Origin: Enterovibrio nigricans DSM 22720
Lineage (GTDB): Bacteria; Pseudomonadota; Gammaproteobacteria; Enterobacterales; Vibrionaceae
Direction: 5' to 3'
Length of the DNA stretch: 24,000 bases
NCBI RefSeq assembly: GCF_900167155.1
Contig: NZ_FUXU01000018.1
Location: 35,880-59,879, forward strand
The notes beneath the pieces were generated by a model, which saw nothing but the letters and a program-made list of their open reading frames with translations, searched no databases and had not been told where the DNA came from. Shown here in pieces: positions 1-7,620 of this stretch. Numbering within the stretch: the first letter of the stretch is position 1; each line of letters begins with the position of its first letter. Made by a program: the position numbers and the translations under genes.

Positions 1-1
1 A

Positions 2-892
2 GTGGTTTCAGGTAAACAACTTCGTCAATATGCACATCGAATTTCAGATTTGGTGTATGAAAAGCTGACGGGAGAGAAGGGGGCGTTTCTGACGCGAATT
101 GCGTATGTCGTTATTGATGACAAAGCAGACTACCCGTACCAGCTACGTATTGCGGATTACGATGGCTACAACGAATTATTAGTACTTCGTTCAAAGCAAC
201 CGTTGATGTCACCAGCTTGGTCGCCAGATGGCAAGCAACTGGCATACGTAAGTTTTGAAAACGGCCAGGCCCAGATCTTCTTGATGAACATTTACACCGG
301 TGATCGCGAAATGATTTCGTCATTCCCGCGTCACAATGGCTCACCACGTTTCTCGCCGGACGGCAGTAAGCTGGCGTTGGTTCTCTCTAAAACCGGAAGT
401 TTACAAGTCTACGTGTTGGATTTGAAAACACGAAAAATGGAGCAGATCACGAAAGGCCGAGCTAATAACACAGAGCCATTCTGGGATCCAGACGGGAAGT
501 CTTTAATCTTTACGTCAGACCGGGGTGGTAAACCACAGATTTATCGAGTAAATTTAGCCGATGGTTCTACGAGTCGGATTACATGGCAGGGCAGCCAGAA
601 TCTCGGTGGTCAAATTACACCCGACGGTAGGTACCTGGTAATGGTTCACCGCTCGGACTCAGGCTACAACATTGCAAAGCAAGATTTGCAAACGGGCGCT
701 GTTGAGATTTTAACGAAAACGATGTTGGATGAATCTCCGAGTCTTGCACCGAATGGTAGCATGGTAATTTACAGCTCAGTTTATGGGCGTGATAACGTAC
801 TTTCGTTGGTTTCTATTGACGGACGATTCAAAGCGCGTTTACCAGCAACAAACGGGCGAGTGAGAGCTCCATCATGGTCCCCGTTCCAATAA
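2..892 (+). CDS. tolB: Tol-Pal system periplasmic beta-propeller protein TolB (C-terminal ~296 aa; the 5' end lies outside the window)
   Basis: The ORF is open at the 5' window edge and ends at TAA 890-892. The translation shows repeated TolB propeller-blade motifs ([55 protein letters not shown]). It is followed by pal and cpoB in the canonical tol-pal order. Confidence 0.93.
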   Translation: MVSGKQLRQYAHRISDLVYEKLTGEKGAFLTRIAYVVIDDKADYPYQLRIADYDGYNELLVLRSKQPLMSPAWSPDGKQLAYVSFENGQAQIFLMNIYTGDREMISSFPRHNGSPRFSPDGSKLALVLSKTGSLQVYVLDLKTRKMEQITKGRANNTEPFWDPDGKSLIFTSDRGGKPQIYRVNLADGSTSRITWQGSQNLGGQITPDGRYLVMVHRSDSGYNIAKQDLQTGAVEILTKTMLDESPSLAPNGSMVIYSSVYGRDNVLSLVSIDGRFKARLPATNGRVRAPSWSPFQ

Positions 893-924
893 TATTTGCG
901 CTTATTTGATATAAGGAAAACAAG

Positions 925-1449
925 ATGCAAGTTAATAAAGTACTTAAGGGTTTGGCAATTGCGCTGCCAATGTTCACTCTGGCGGCTTGTAGCTCAAGCG
1001 ACAGCTCTACTGATAGCACAGCGGGATCTCAAACTAATCAAGGTTCTGAAACCACTATCGTGACGCCAGTAGACGGTGGCCAAGGCGCATTGACTGAACA
1101 AGAAATTCGCAACAACGAACTGCGTCAGTCTCAGACTATTTACTTCAACTTTGATGACTACTCAGTTTTGCCACAGTTCGAAAATATGCTGGATGCACAC
1201 GCTGACTTCCTGCGTGAAAATGCTGAAGTTAAAGTGGTTGTAGAAGGTCATGCGGATGAGCGTGGTACGCCTGAATACAACATCGCGCTGGGCGAGCGTC
1301 GTGCAAATGCAGTAGCTAAATACCTGCAAGCACTGGGTGTTTCTGCGTCTCAAATTTCTATCGTAAGCTACGGCGAAGAGAAACCTTTGGTGCTAGGCCA
1401 GAGCGACGAAGCTTATGCGAAGAACCGTCGTGCGGTTCTGGTTTACTAA
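925..1449 (+). CDS. pal: Peptidoglycan-associated outer-membrane lipoprotein Pal
   Basis: 174 aa. It has a signal peptide ending in the lipobox LAAC (Cys22) and a Ser/Thr-rich linker. The C-terminal domain is OmpA-like ([39 protein letters not shown]). An AAGGA Shine-Dalgarno lies about 7 nt upstream. Confidence 0.95.
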   Translation: MQVNKVLKGLAIALPMFTLAACSSSDSSTDSTAGSQTNQGSETTIVTPVDGGQGALTEQEIRNNELRQSQTIYFNFDDYSVLPQFENMLDAHADFLRENAEVKVVVEGHADERGTPEYNIALGERRANAVAKYLQALGVSASQISIVSYGEEKPLVLGQSDEAYAKNRRAVLVY

Positions 1450-1464
1450 TTTAAGGTAAATCCT

Positions 1465-2205
1465 ATGAACAGTAACACTTTGCGTTGTCTTTCGCTGGCG
1501 TTACTGGTGAGTGCGGCAGCCCCTGTGGCTGCCGCACCTGCTCCGGTGACTGAATTGGGTGGCAGTAGCGGCGGCAGCAGCTCTGTTGAGCGCTTGGAGC
1601 GAATGCTTGAAGCTCGAAATCAAATGCAACTAGATATGCAGCGTCAACTCGACCAAATGGCGGGAGAGCTTGATAATCTACGTGGCACAGTAGAAAGAAA
1701 CAGTTACGAATTAAACCAGATGTTGGAACGCCAACGTGATCTTTACCGAGAAATTGACACGTTGAGAAATGCGAAACCAGCACCTGCTCCGGAAGCGAAA
1801 CCGGAAGCTCCTGCCCCAACAGAGAAATACTCGACAGATCAAACAGAAAACGCAGAATATGATGCGGCAGTAAATCTGATTCTGAAAGAGAAAAACTATG
1901 TTGGCGCGACAGAAGCATTTAATGCATTCCTTGCGAAGTATCCAGAATCCATTTATACGCCGAATGCGCATTACTGGCTGGGCCAACTTTACTTCTCCAA
2001 AAGCGAATTGGATGCCGCGAAGAAGCATTTCACAGCAGTAAGTCAGTTTGCTAAGTCCAGTAAACGCGCCGATGCATTGTTGAAGTTGGGTATTGTTGCT
2101 CAACGCCAAGGCGATACTGCCGGTGCAAATACCTTGTTCCAGAGTGTTATCAAAGAATATCCTGGCACAACAACGGCAAATCAAGCCGAAAAGCAGCTGA
2201 ACTAA
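1465..2205 (+). CDS. cpoB: Cell-division coordinator CpoB (YbgF), periplasmic coiled-coil plus TPR protein
   Basis: 246 aa. It has a signal peptide, an N-terminal coiled-coil segment and a Pro/Ala/Glu-rich linker. The C-terminal TPR-like region (HYWLGQLYF, ALLKLGIV) is typical of YbgF. It starts 15 nt after pal, as the last gene of the tol-pal cluster. Confidence 0.88.
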   Translation: MNSNTLRCLSLALLVSAAAPVAAAPAPVTELGGSSGGSSSVERLERMLEARNQMQLDMQRQLDQMAGELDNLRGTVERNSYELNQMLERQRDLYREIDTLRNAKPAPAPEAKPEAPAPTEKYSTDQTENAEYDAAVNLILKEKNYVGATEAFNAFLAKYPESIYTPNAHYWLGQLYFSKSELDAAKKHFTAVSQFAKSSKRADALLKLGIVAQRQGDTAGANTLFQSVIKEYPGTTTANQAEKQLN

Positions 2206-2225
2206 TAAGTAAAATCTCCCTATAA

Positions 2226-2256
2226 AGCCGACAAAACTGTCGGCTTTTTCTTTTTC
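2226..2256 (+). terminator. Rho-independent terminator after cpoB
   Basis: The stem is AGCCGACA (2226-2233) paired with TGTCGGCT (2238-2245), with a 4-nt loop. It is followed by TTTTTCTTTTTC. Confidence 0.7.
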
Positions 2257-2297
2257 AAAATTTCCACATCTGTGCTTAATATCGACGTCATAAAGAG

Positions 2298-2326
2298 TAA
2301 ACATTCAGCTGTAAGCTGGTTATAAT
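2298..2326 (+). promoter_or_regulatory. Putative sigma70 promoter of nadA
   Basis: -35 is TAAACA (2298-2303), with a 17-nt spacer and a consensus -10 TATAAT (2321-2326). The prediction comes from hexamer matching only. Confidence 0.4.
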
Positions 2327-2357
2327 GGGCGAATTGCAAGCAAATCTGAGTGTGTCG

Positions 2358-3419
2358 ATGAGCCAGATTATCAATACCGCAGAGACGGTATATCCCTTCC
2401 CTCCGAAACCGGAGGTGCTGTCTGAGCAACAAAAAGCAGACTACATCTCAAGCATCAAACAACAGTTAAAAGAAAATGATGCCGTGATGATTGCCCATTA
2501 TTACACCGATCCTGAAATTCAGGCATTGGCTGAAGAGACGGGTGGATTCGTTGGTGACTCGCTGGAAATGGCGAAGTTTGGTAACAAGCACCCGGCAAAA
2601 ACACTTCTTGTTGCTGGCGTCCGGTTTATGGGCGAGAGCGCGAAAATTCTAACGCCAGAAAAAACGGTGTTAATGCCGACTCTGGAAGCAGAGTGCTCGT
2701 TGGATCTGGGCTGCCCAGAAGACCGCTTTACTGCATTCTGTGATGCGCACCCTGATCATACCGTTGTTGTCTATGCCAATACATCGGCTGCTGTAAAAGC
2801 GCGCGCTGATTGGGTGGTAACATCTTCAATTGCATTGGAGATTGTTGAACATCTAGATGATGACGGTAAGAAGATTATCTGGGGTCCGGATCGTCATCTT
2901 GGCTCATATATTGCGGATAAAACGGGCGCAGACATGCTGTTGTGGCAAGGTGAGTGTGTTGTTCATGATGAGTTTTCTGCTAAAGCGCTGAAAGACATGA
3001 AAGCTGTGTATCCCGACGCCGCGATTTTGGTCCACCCCGAGTCACCAGCAAGTGTGGTGGAGTTAGCTGACGCTGTCGGCTCAACCAGTCAGCTAATCAA
3101 AGCGGCGAAAGAGCTACCTAACAAGCAATTGGTTGTCGCGACTGACAAAGGCATTTTCTTTAAGATGCAGCAAATGGTGCCTGAGAAAGAGCTTATCGAA
3201 GCCCCAACAGCGGACGCAGGCGCAACTTGTCGTAGCTGTGCACACTGTCCTTGGATGGCGATGAATGGCCTTAAAGCAATCGACATTGCACTACGCGATG
3301 GTGGCGAAGAGCATGAAATTCACGTTGATGAAGCTATTCGTGTTAAGTCACTTATTCCTTTGAACCGTATGTTGGATTTCGCAGCGGAATTGCAGATGCA
3401 GGTAAAAGGGAACGCGTAA
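2358..3419 (+). CDS. nadA: Quinolinate synthase NadA
   Basis: The translation is near-colinear with my recollection of E. coli NadA ([91 protein letters not shown]). The track ORF starts at 2325, but that ATG overlaps the predicted -10 box. The ATG at 2358 ([16 protein letters not shown]) gives an N-terminus of NadA-like length. Confidence 0.92.
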   Translation: MSQIINTAETVYPFPPKPEVLSEQQKADYISSIKQQLKENDAVMIAHYYTDPEIQALAEETGGFVGDSLEMAKFGNKHPAKTLLVAGVRFMGESAKILTPEKTVLMPTLEAECSLDLGCPEDRFTAFCDAHPDHTVVVYANTSAAVKARADWVVTSSIALEIVEHLDDDGKKIIWGPDRHLGSYIADKTGADMLLWQGECVVHDEFSAKALKDMKAVYPDAAILVHPESPASVVELADAVGSTSQLIKAAKELPNKQLVVATDKGIFFKMQQMVPEKELIEAPTADAGATCRSCAHCPWMAMNGLKAIDIALRDGGEEHEIHVDEAIRVKSLIPLNRMLDFAAELQMQVKGNA

Positions 3420-3433
3420 GGTCAAAGAAATTA

Positions 3434-3489
3434 ATACCCAAACAACAGTCAAACTCGCTGAGTCCAGCATCTTCAAGTTGTTTGGGTAT
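3434..3489 (+). repeat. 13-bp perfect inverted repeat with a 30-nt loop, just 3' of nadA
   Basis: ATACCCAAACAAC (3434-3446) is the exact reverse complement of GTTGTTTGGGTAT (3477-3489). Confidence 0.6.
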
Positions 3490-3492
3490 ATT

Positions 3493-3522
3493 AAAAGGCG
3501 GGCATTATGTTCGCCTTTTTTG
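3493..3522 (+). terminator. Rho-independent terminator after nadA
   Basis: The stem is AAAAGGCG (3493-3500) paired with CGCCTTTT (3512-3519), running into a T-tract. Confidence 0.6.
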
Positions 3523-3561
3523 ATCGTGTAGCAGTACAAACTGAGTGAATAAGGAAAGTGT

Positions 3562-4416
3562 ATGAGTCAAGCAATGTTGACCATTGGATTACCTTTGGCC
3601 CTTGCATGGATGATGTTTTGTGTGGGTTTAACGCTAACGCTGGCAGACTTTAAACGTGTTGGACAATATCCCAGCGTTGCCTTTGCGGGTCTCTGTGCGC
3701 AATTACTCGGTTTGCCTGCAATCGCCTTCGTTCTCGTCTATATGCTTAATTTGCCGGAAGTCGTGGCGATTGGCCTTTGGATCTTGGCCCTCGCACCCGG
3801 CGGTGCGTCATCGAATGCGATTAGCCATCTTGCTGGCGGAGACGCGGCGTTATCTATTACCATGACGGCGATTAGCAGCTTAATCATCCCGTTTAGCTTA
3901 CCTTTGCTGTTGCCGCTCCTATATCCAGAAGTCTCTGCTGCGATTCCGGTGAAAACGGCGATCATGCAGCTTATCGCGGTGACATTGGTTCCCGTGTTAT
4001 TCGGTATGGTGTTGAATCACTTCATTCGCGGTAAGCGGTTTGACGCGTTTACCGAGTTCGCAGGAAAATCTGCCCTCTGGGCATTGTTTTTTACGGTTGC
4101 GGTGACGCTCGCTGCAAATACCTCAGTATTCAATCAGCTGTTTTCACAAGCGTCTGTGGCTGTCCTAACCTTGTGTCTGTTAGGGATGGGGCTGGGATTG
4201 GCTGTGTCCAAATTGTTTCGTGGTGATGCCAAGCTTTCAAAAACGTTTGCTATAGAGGTAGGCGTTCAAAATGCGGGGACGGCAATTTTTGTTGCGGTGG
4301 TTCAGTTAAAACAACCTGAGCTAGCATTAACACCGCTACTCTATGGGGTATTAATGAATATTCCCGTGGTGATTTTGATAGCTTTAAACCGCCGTTCTCA
4401 AGCACAAACCGCGTAA
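3562..4416 (+). CDS. Bile acid:sodium symporter (BASS/SBF) family transporter
   Basis: 284 aa, strongly hydrophobic with about 9-10 predicted helices. It carries the family-typical motifs LAPGGASSN and EVGVQNAG. An AAGGAAA Shine-Dalgarno lies upstream of the ATG. Confidence 0.78.
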   Translation: MSQAMLTIGLPLALAWMMFCVGLTLTLADFKRVGQYPSVAFAGLCAQLLGLPAIAFVLVYMLNLPEVVAIGLWILALAPGGASSNAISHLAGGDAALSITMTAISSLIIPFSLPLLLPLLYPEVSAAIPVKTAIMQLIAVTLVPVLFGMVLNHFIRGKRFDAFTEFAGKSALWALFFTVAVTLAANTSVFNQLFSQASVAVLTLCLLGMGLGLAVSKLFRGDAKLSKTFAIEVGVQNAGTAIFVAVVQLKQPELALTPLLYGVLMNIPVVILIALNRRSQAQTA

Positions 4417-4431
4417 ATTGTGCCAGAGACT

Positions 4432-4457
4432 AAAAAGCCGTCATAACGACGGCTTTT
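4432..4457. terminator. Bidirectional terminator between the convergent BASS gene and dbpA
   Basis: AAAAAGCCGTC (4432-4442) pairs with GACGGCTTTTT (4447-4457). The A-tract and T-tract flanks allow it to work on either strand. Confidence 0.7.
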
Positions 4458-4474
4458 TGCTATTTTACAAATGA

Positions 4475-5860
4475 TTAGCGCAGTTGCCAAACACGGTGAG
4501 TTTTACCTTTAATCTTACCGGTAGACAGCTTCTTAAGTGCCTTTTTCGCGACACTACGGTTAACCGCAACGTAAGAGCGGTAATCCGTCACTTTGATTTT
4601 ACCTACATCTTTACCTTCGATGCCATCTTCGCCTGTCAAAGCGCCTAAGATATCGCCAGGGCGGACTTTGGCTTTCTTGCCGGCTTCAATGTGTAGCGTG
4701 ATCATTGCAGGCTGTGGTGGCGTGTTGTTCAGTACTGAGTTGTCTGGAAGCGTAGCGCTTTTAATCTCATGCTCAAGATAATCTTCCAGCAGAGCCACTT
4801 TATAGCCGTCTTCGTGACCAAAGAAGGTATATGCAGCGCCTTTGCTACCCGCGCGACCAGTACGGCCGATACGGTGAATATGCACTTCGGTATCGAATGC
4901 CATGTGGTAGTTGATCACTGCATCCAGTGCATCAATGTCTAAACCACGTGCAGCAACGTCGGTTGCAACCATCACTGTCACGCTTTTGTTTGCGAACTTA
5001 AGCAACATTTGGTCACGATCGCGTTGCTCCAAGTCGCCGTGCAGTGCAACAACGGAAAAGTCGTTGTCTTCCAGCGCGGCCGCGACGTCTTTTACATCGC
5101 GCTTGGTATTACAAAACACGACTGCACTTTCTGGCTGATGTTTAAGCAGTAACAAACGCAGCGCATGCATACGGTCGTTGTTGCCATTACATTCGTAGAA
5201 GTATTGGGTGATGCTGCTGCTGTCGTGGTTTGATTCCACTTTTACCGTCACAGGGCTAGTCATGATCTGCTTACTGATGTTTTGGATCTGAGCAGGATAT
5301 GTCGCACTGAACAGCAAGGTTTGGCGATCGGTTGGTACGTCAGCAAAAATAGCATCTAGCGCTGGTTGGAAGCCCATCTCCAACATACGGTCAGCTTCAT
5401 CTAGGACGAGAGTGTTCACTTCTTCCAACGACAAGCGGCCTTTTTCCATGTGGTCAAGAATACGACCCGGCGTACCGACGATAATGTGCGCGCCGTGCTC
5501 CAGTGACCCGATTTGTGGGCCAACAGGTACACCGCCACAAAGGGTCAGCACTTTAATGTTGTGAATACCACGCGCCAGCTTGCGAATTTCAATTGCAACT
5601 TGATCAGCCAGTTCGCGAGTTGGGCAAAGTACCAGCGATTGCACGCGGAAGCGTTTAACGTTCAGGCGGTTAAGCAGGCCCAGACCAAACGCGGCTGTTT
5701 TACCTGAACCTGTTTTACCCTGAGCAATCACATCTTTGCCTTCAAGAATAGATGGAAGGCTTTGTGCTTGTATTGGAGTCATTTCTGAATAGCCAATATC
5801 ATTCAGCGTTGAGATAAGCTCTGGCTTCAACGGGAGGGTAGAAAATGCTTGTTTGGTCAC
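4475..5860 (-). CDS. dbpA: ATP-dependent 23S-rRNA-specific DEAD-box RNA helicase DbpA
   Basis: All DEAD-box motifs are present (AQGKTGSGKT, PTRELA, VLDEADRML, SAT, VATDVAARGLD, HRIGRTGRAG). It also has the DbpA-specific C-terminal RNA-binding domain (GKKAKVRPGDILGALTG, GKIKGKTHRV). The track ORF starts at a TTG at 5896. A GTG at 5860 preceded by AGGA at 8-nt spacing gives MTKQAFSTLPL, which aligns with the E. coli DbpA N-terminus as I recall it. Confidence 0.9.
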   Translation of the reverse strand: MTKQAFSTLPLKPELISTLNDIGYSEMTPIQAQSLPSILEGKDVIAQGKTGSGKTAAFGLGLLNRLNVKRFRVQSLVLCPTRELADQVAIEIRKLARGIHNIKVLTLCGGVPVGPQIGSLEHGAHIIVGTPGRILDHMEKGRLSLEEVNTLVLDEADRMLEMGFQPALDAIFADVPTDRQTLLFSATYPAQIQNISKQIMTSPVTVKVESNHDSSSITQYFYECNGNNDRMHALRLLLLKHQPESAVVFCNTKRDVKDVAAALEDNDFSVVALHGDLEQRDRDQMLLKFANKSVTVMVATDVAARGLDIDALDAVINYHMAFDTEVHIHRIGRTGRAGSKGAAYTFFGHEDGYKVALLEDYLEHEIKSATLPDNSVLNNTPPQPAMITLHIEAGKKAKVRPGDILGALTGEDGIEGKDVGKIKVTDYRSYVAVNRSVAKKALKKLSTGKIKGKTHRVWQLR

Positions 5861-6067
5861 AGTGATAGTCCTGCGCTGCACGTCGTCATTCGGCAACGTT
5901 GATGTTAAGAATCGTCATTTTCTGGCTTTGCGATGACGCAAAAAAAAGCCAGAGCGTGAAATAGGGGCAGGACTATAGCAGGATTGTATGAAAAGTTCGC
6001 GTTTTGATTTAGATGCACAGAAGAAAGGTTTTCAGGCGGGAGCAAACCCGCCTGCGCAGAGTATGGA

Positions 6068-6643
6068 TTATTCAGCCTCAACGCGTTGAAGCGCACGCAT
6101 TGTCAGGCCACAAAGCATGACTGGCATTGCATTGAATATTTCTTCGAACTGTGCCAAGTCAGCGACACCTTGTTCTTCCATCGCAGCAAATGCGGCTTCT
6201 GGGTCAAACATCAAACTGATTGAGAGCAGTACACCGCCAAGCAGCGCATTGTCTTCAGAATCTTCTGGCATGATGGTTTCCCAATCGTCACGCGCCAGTG
6301 TCCAGCCCTGAAGCATGCCTTCACAATATTCGCGAGTCGCTTCATTCACAATATCTACATCGCTCAATTGGCACTCTTCTGGCCATTTCCAACCGTTAGA
6401 CAATAACGCCTCTCGCTGCGCATTCCATAGATTGATAATGATATTTGCGTACGCTTCGAGTTGTTCGTGCGTTGAGAATGGTGACTCTTTTTCGCCACCC
6501 CACATGAATGCAAGCCATTCGCTCGGGTCGATAAGATTTGGAGCTGCAGCCATTGCAGTGACAAAGCCTTCTGTTTGCATTACGGACAACAGATTAGGTT
6601 CCAGACCGTTTTCGGTAATGAATTGCGTTAGCGCGTTAGACAT
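6068..6643 (-). CDS. YecA/UPF0149-family protein (lacks the C-terminal SEC-C zinc motif)
   Basis: 191 aa. The region EGFVTAMAAAPNLIDPSEWLAFMWGG ... EYCEGMLQGW resembles the UPF0149 domain of E. coli YecA (recalled LDGLLTAVLSSP..WL..VWGG ... EWCFGYMRG). No Cys-rich tail is present. Confidence 0.65.
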   Translation of the reverse strand: MSNALTQFITENGLEPNLLSVMQTEGFVTAMAAAPNLIDPSEWLAFMWGGEKESPFSTHEQLEAYANIIINLWNAQREALLSNGWKWPEECQLSDVDIVNEATREYCEGMLQGWTLARDDWETIMPEDSEDNALLGGVLLSISLMFDPEAAFAAMEEQGVADLAQFEEIFNAMPVMLCGLTMRALQRVEAE

Positions 6644-6782
6644 GTGTGACTCTCTCGATTAATTCAGGGCCATATTCTAACAGTGGGAAAGGCTTGTGGA
6701 GAAGAGGTTGGCTGAGGATACGTCAATAAAGCGAGTTTTTGACGCAAACATAAACACTTAAGCGGGAAATTTGCAATAAGCG

Positions 6783-6811
6783 TTGACGCAGGCGTAGTCG
6801 TTCCTTATAGT
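6783..6811 (+). promoter_or_regulatory. Putative promoter of tRNA-Ser copy 1
   Basis: TTGACG (6783-6788), a 17-nt spacer, then TATAGT (6806-6811), followed by a GC-rich discriminator (AGCGGCC). The same hexamers and spacing occur upstream of tRNA-Ser copy 2. Confidence 0.6.
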
Positions 6812-6851
6812 AGCGGCCTCGTTGAGACGAGCAAGTCCAACAACTAATTTT

Positions 6852-6939
6852 GGTGAGGTGTCCGAGTGGCTGAAGGAGCACGCCTGGAAAGTGTGTATAC
6901 GGCAACGTATCGAGGGTTCGAATCCCTCCCTCACCGCCA
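6852..6939 (+). tRNA. tRNA-Ser, anticodon GGA, class II with a long variable arm, CCA encoded
   Basis: The 88-nt sequence GGTGAGGTGTCCGAGTGGCTGAAGGAGCACGCCTGGAAAGTGTGTATACGGCAACGTATCGAGGGTTCGAATCCCTCCCTCACCGCCA has the anticodon loop CU-GGA-AA. It is nearly identical to my recollection of E. coli serW/serX. Confidence 0.97.
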
Positions 6940-6947
6940 TATTTAGA

Positions 6948-6985
6948 AACAAAGCCCCGCTCGAGAGAGTGGGGCTTTGTTTTTA
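6948..6985 (+). terminator. Rho-independent terminator after tRNA-Ser copy 1
   Basis: AACAAAGCCCC (6948-6958) pairs with GGGGCTTTGTT (6971-6981), followed by TTTT. Confidence 0.7.
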
Positions 6986-7039
6986 TGCGTTTTATCCAGT
7001 TACTGCTGGTATTGATGATACTCAACGTTAGGAATTATT

Positions 7040-7522
7040 TTGACAAACAACGACATTCTTCGCCGTATTCGCTATACCTTTGATTTTAAAGATTCTCAGA
7101 TGGTTGAGATTTTTGCTGCTGCCGACCACGCTGTTACGCAAGAAAACGTGGTAAATTGGTTGCGGAAAGACGATGACGCGGCCTTTGTTAAAGCGACGGA
7201 CACTGAGCTGGCGATTTTCCTGAACGGTTTGATCAATACCAAACGCGGCCGACGCGAGGGTGAGCAGCCTGCTCCTGAAAAACGCCTTAACAACAACATG
7301 ATCTTCATGAAGCTTCGCATCGCGTTAAACATGAAAGCTGATGATGTTCTGGCCGCCCTAGAACTGGCAAACTTCCGATTTGGTAAACATGAACTGAGTG
7401 CTTTTTTCCGTAAGCCAGACAATAAGCACTACCGTGAATGTAAAGACCAGATCCTGAGAAACTTCCTGATGGGTGTGCAACTGCAATTGCGCCCTGATTC
7501 TTCTCAAGAAGACGCAGAATAA
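7040..7522 (+). CDS. yehS: DUF1456-family protein (YehS-like)
   Basis: 160 aa. It shows the tandem DUF1456 pattern matching my recollection of E. coli YehS (NDILRRIRY, WLRKDDD, FLNGLI..KRG, NNN...KLRIA, FRKPDNKHYRECKDQILRNFL). The start is a TTG at 7040 with AGGA 6 nt upstream. Confidence 0.82.
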   Translation: MTNNDILRRIRYTFDFKDSQMVEIFAAADHAVTQENVVNWLRKDDDAAFVKATDTELAIFLNGLINTKRGRREGEQPAPEKRLNNNMIFMKLRIALNMKADDVLAALELANFRFGKHELSAFFRKPDNKHYRECKDQILRNFLMGVQLQLRPDSSQEDAE

Positions 7523-7535
7523 TCAAAGCGCTATC

Positions 7536-7563
7536 AGCGGGCTGTTATCAGCCCGCTTTTTCT
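7536..7563 (+). terminator. Rho-independent terminator after the yehS-like gene
   Basis: AGCGGGCTG (7536-7544) pairs with CAGCCCGCT (7549-7557), followed by TTTTTC. Confidence 0.7.
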
Positions 7564-7620
7564 ATCTTTCATAGAAAAATTCAAGCGATTACTTGGGTTT
7601 AATTAGGAGTGATAGAGCAA

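Noticed and set aside
111-2432. Several track ORFs run antisense to tolB, pal, cpoB and the nadA 5' region (111-347, 828-1019, 1162-1353, 1463-1918, 1711-2304 and 2220-2432, all minus strand).
   Set aside because: Each lies wholly or largely inside a strongly supported gene on the opposite strand. None has a recognisable motif or ribosome-binding site, and their translations are Cys/Arg/Phe-rich, as is typical of antisense frames.
6723-7031. Three track ORFs overlap tRNA-Ser copy 1 (6723-7025 minus, 6758-6952 minus, 6822-7031 plus).
   Set aside because: They are read straight through a canonical tRNA gene and its terminator, so they are ORF-finder artefacts.
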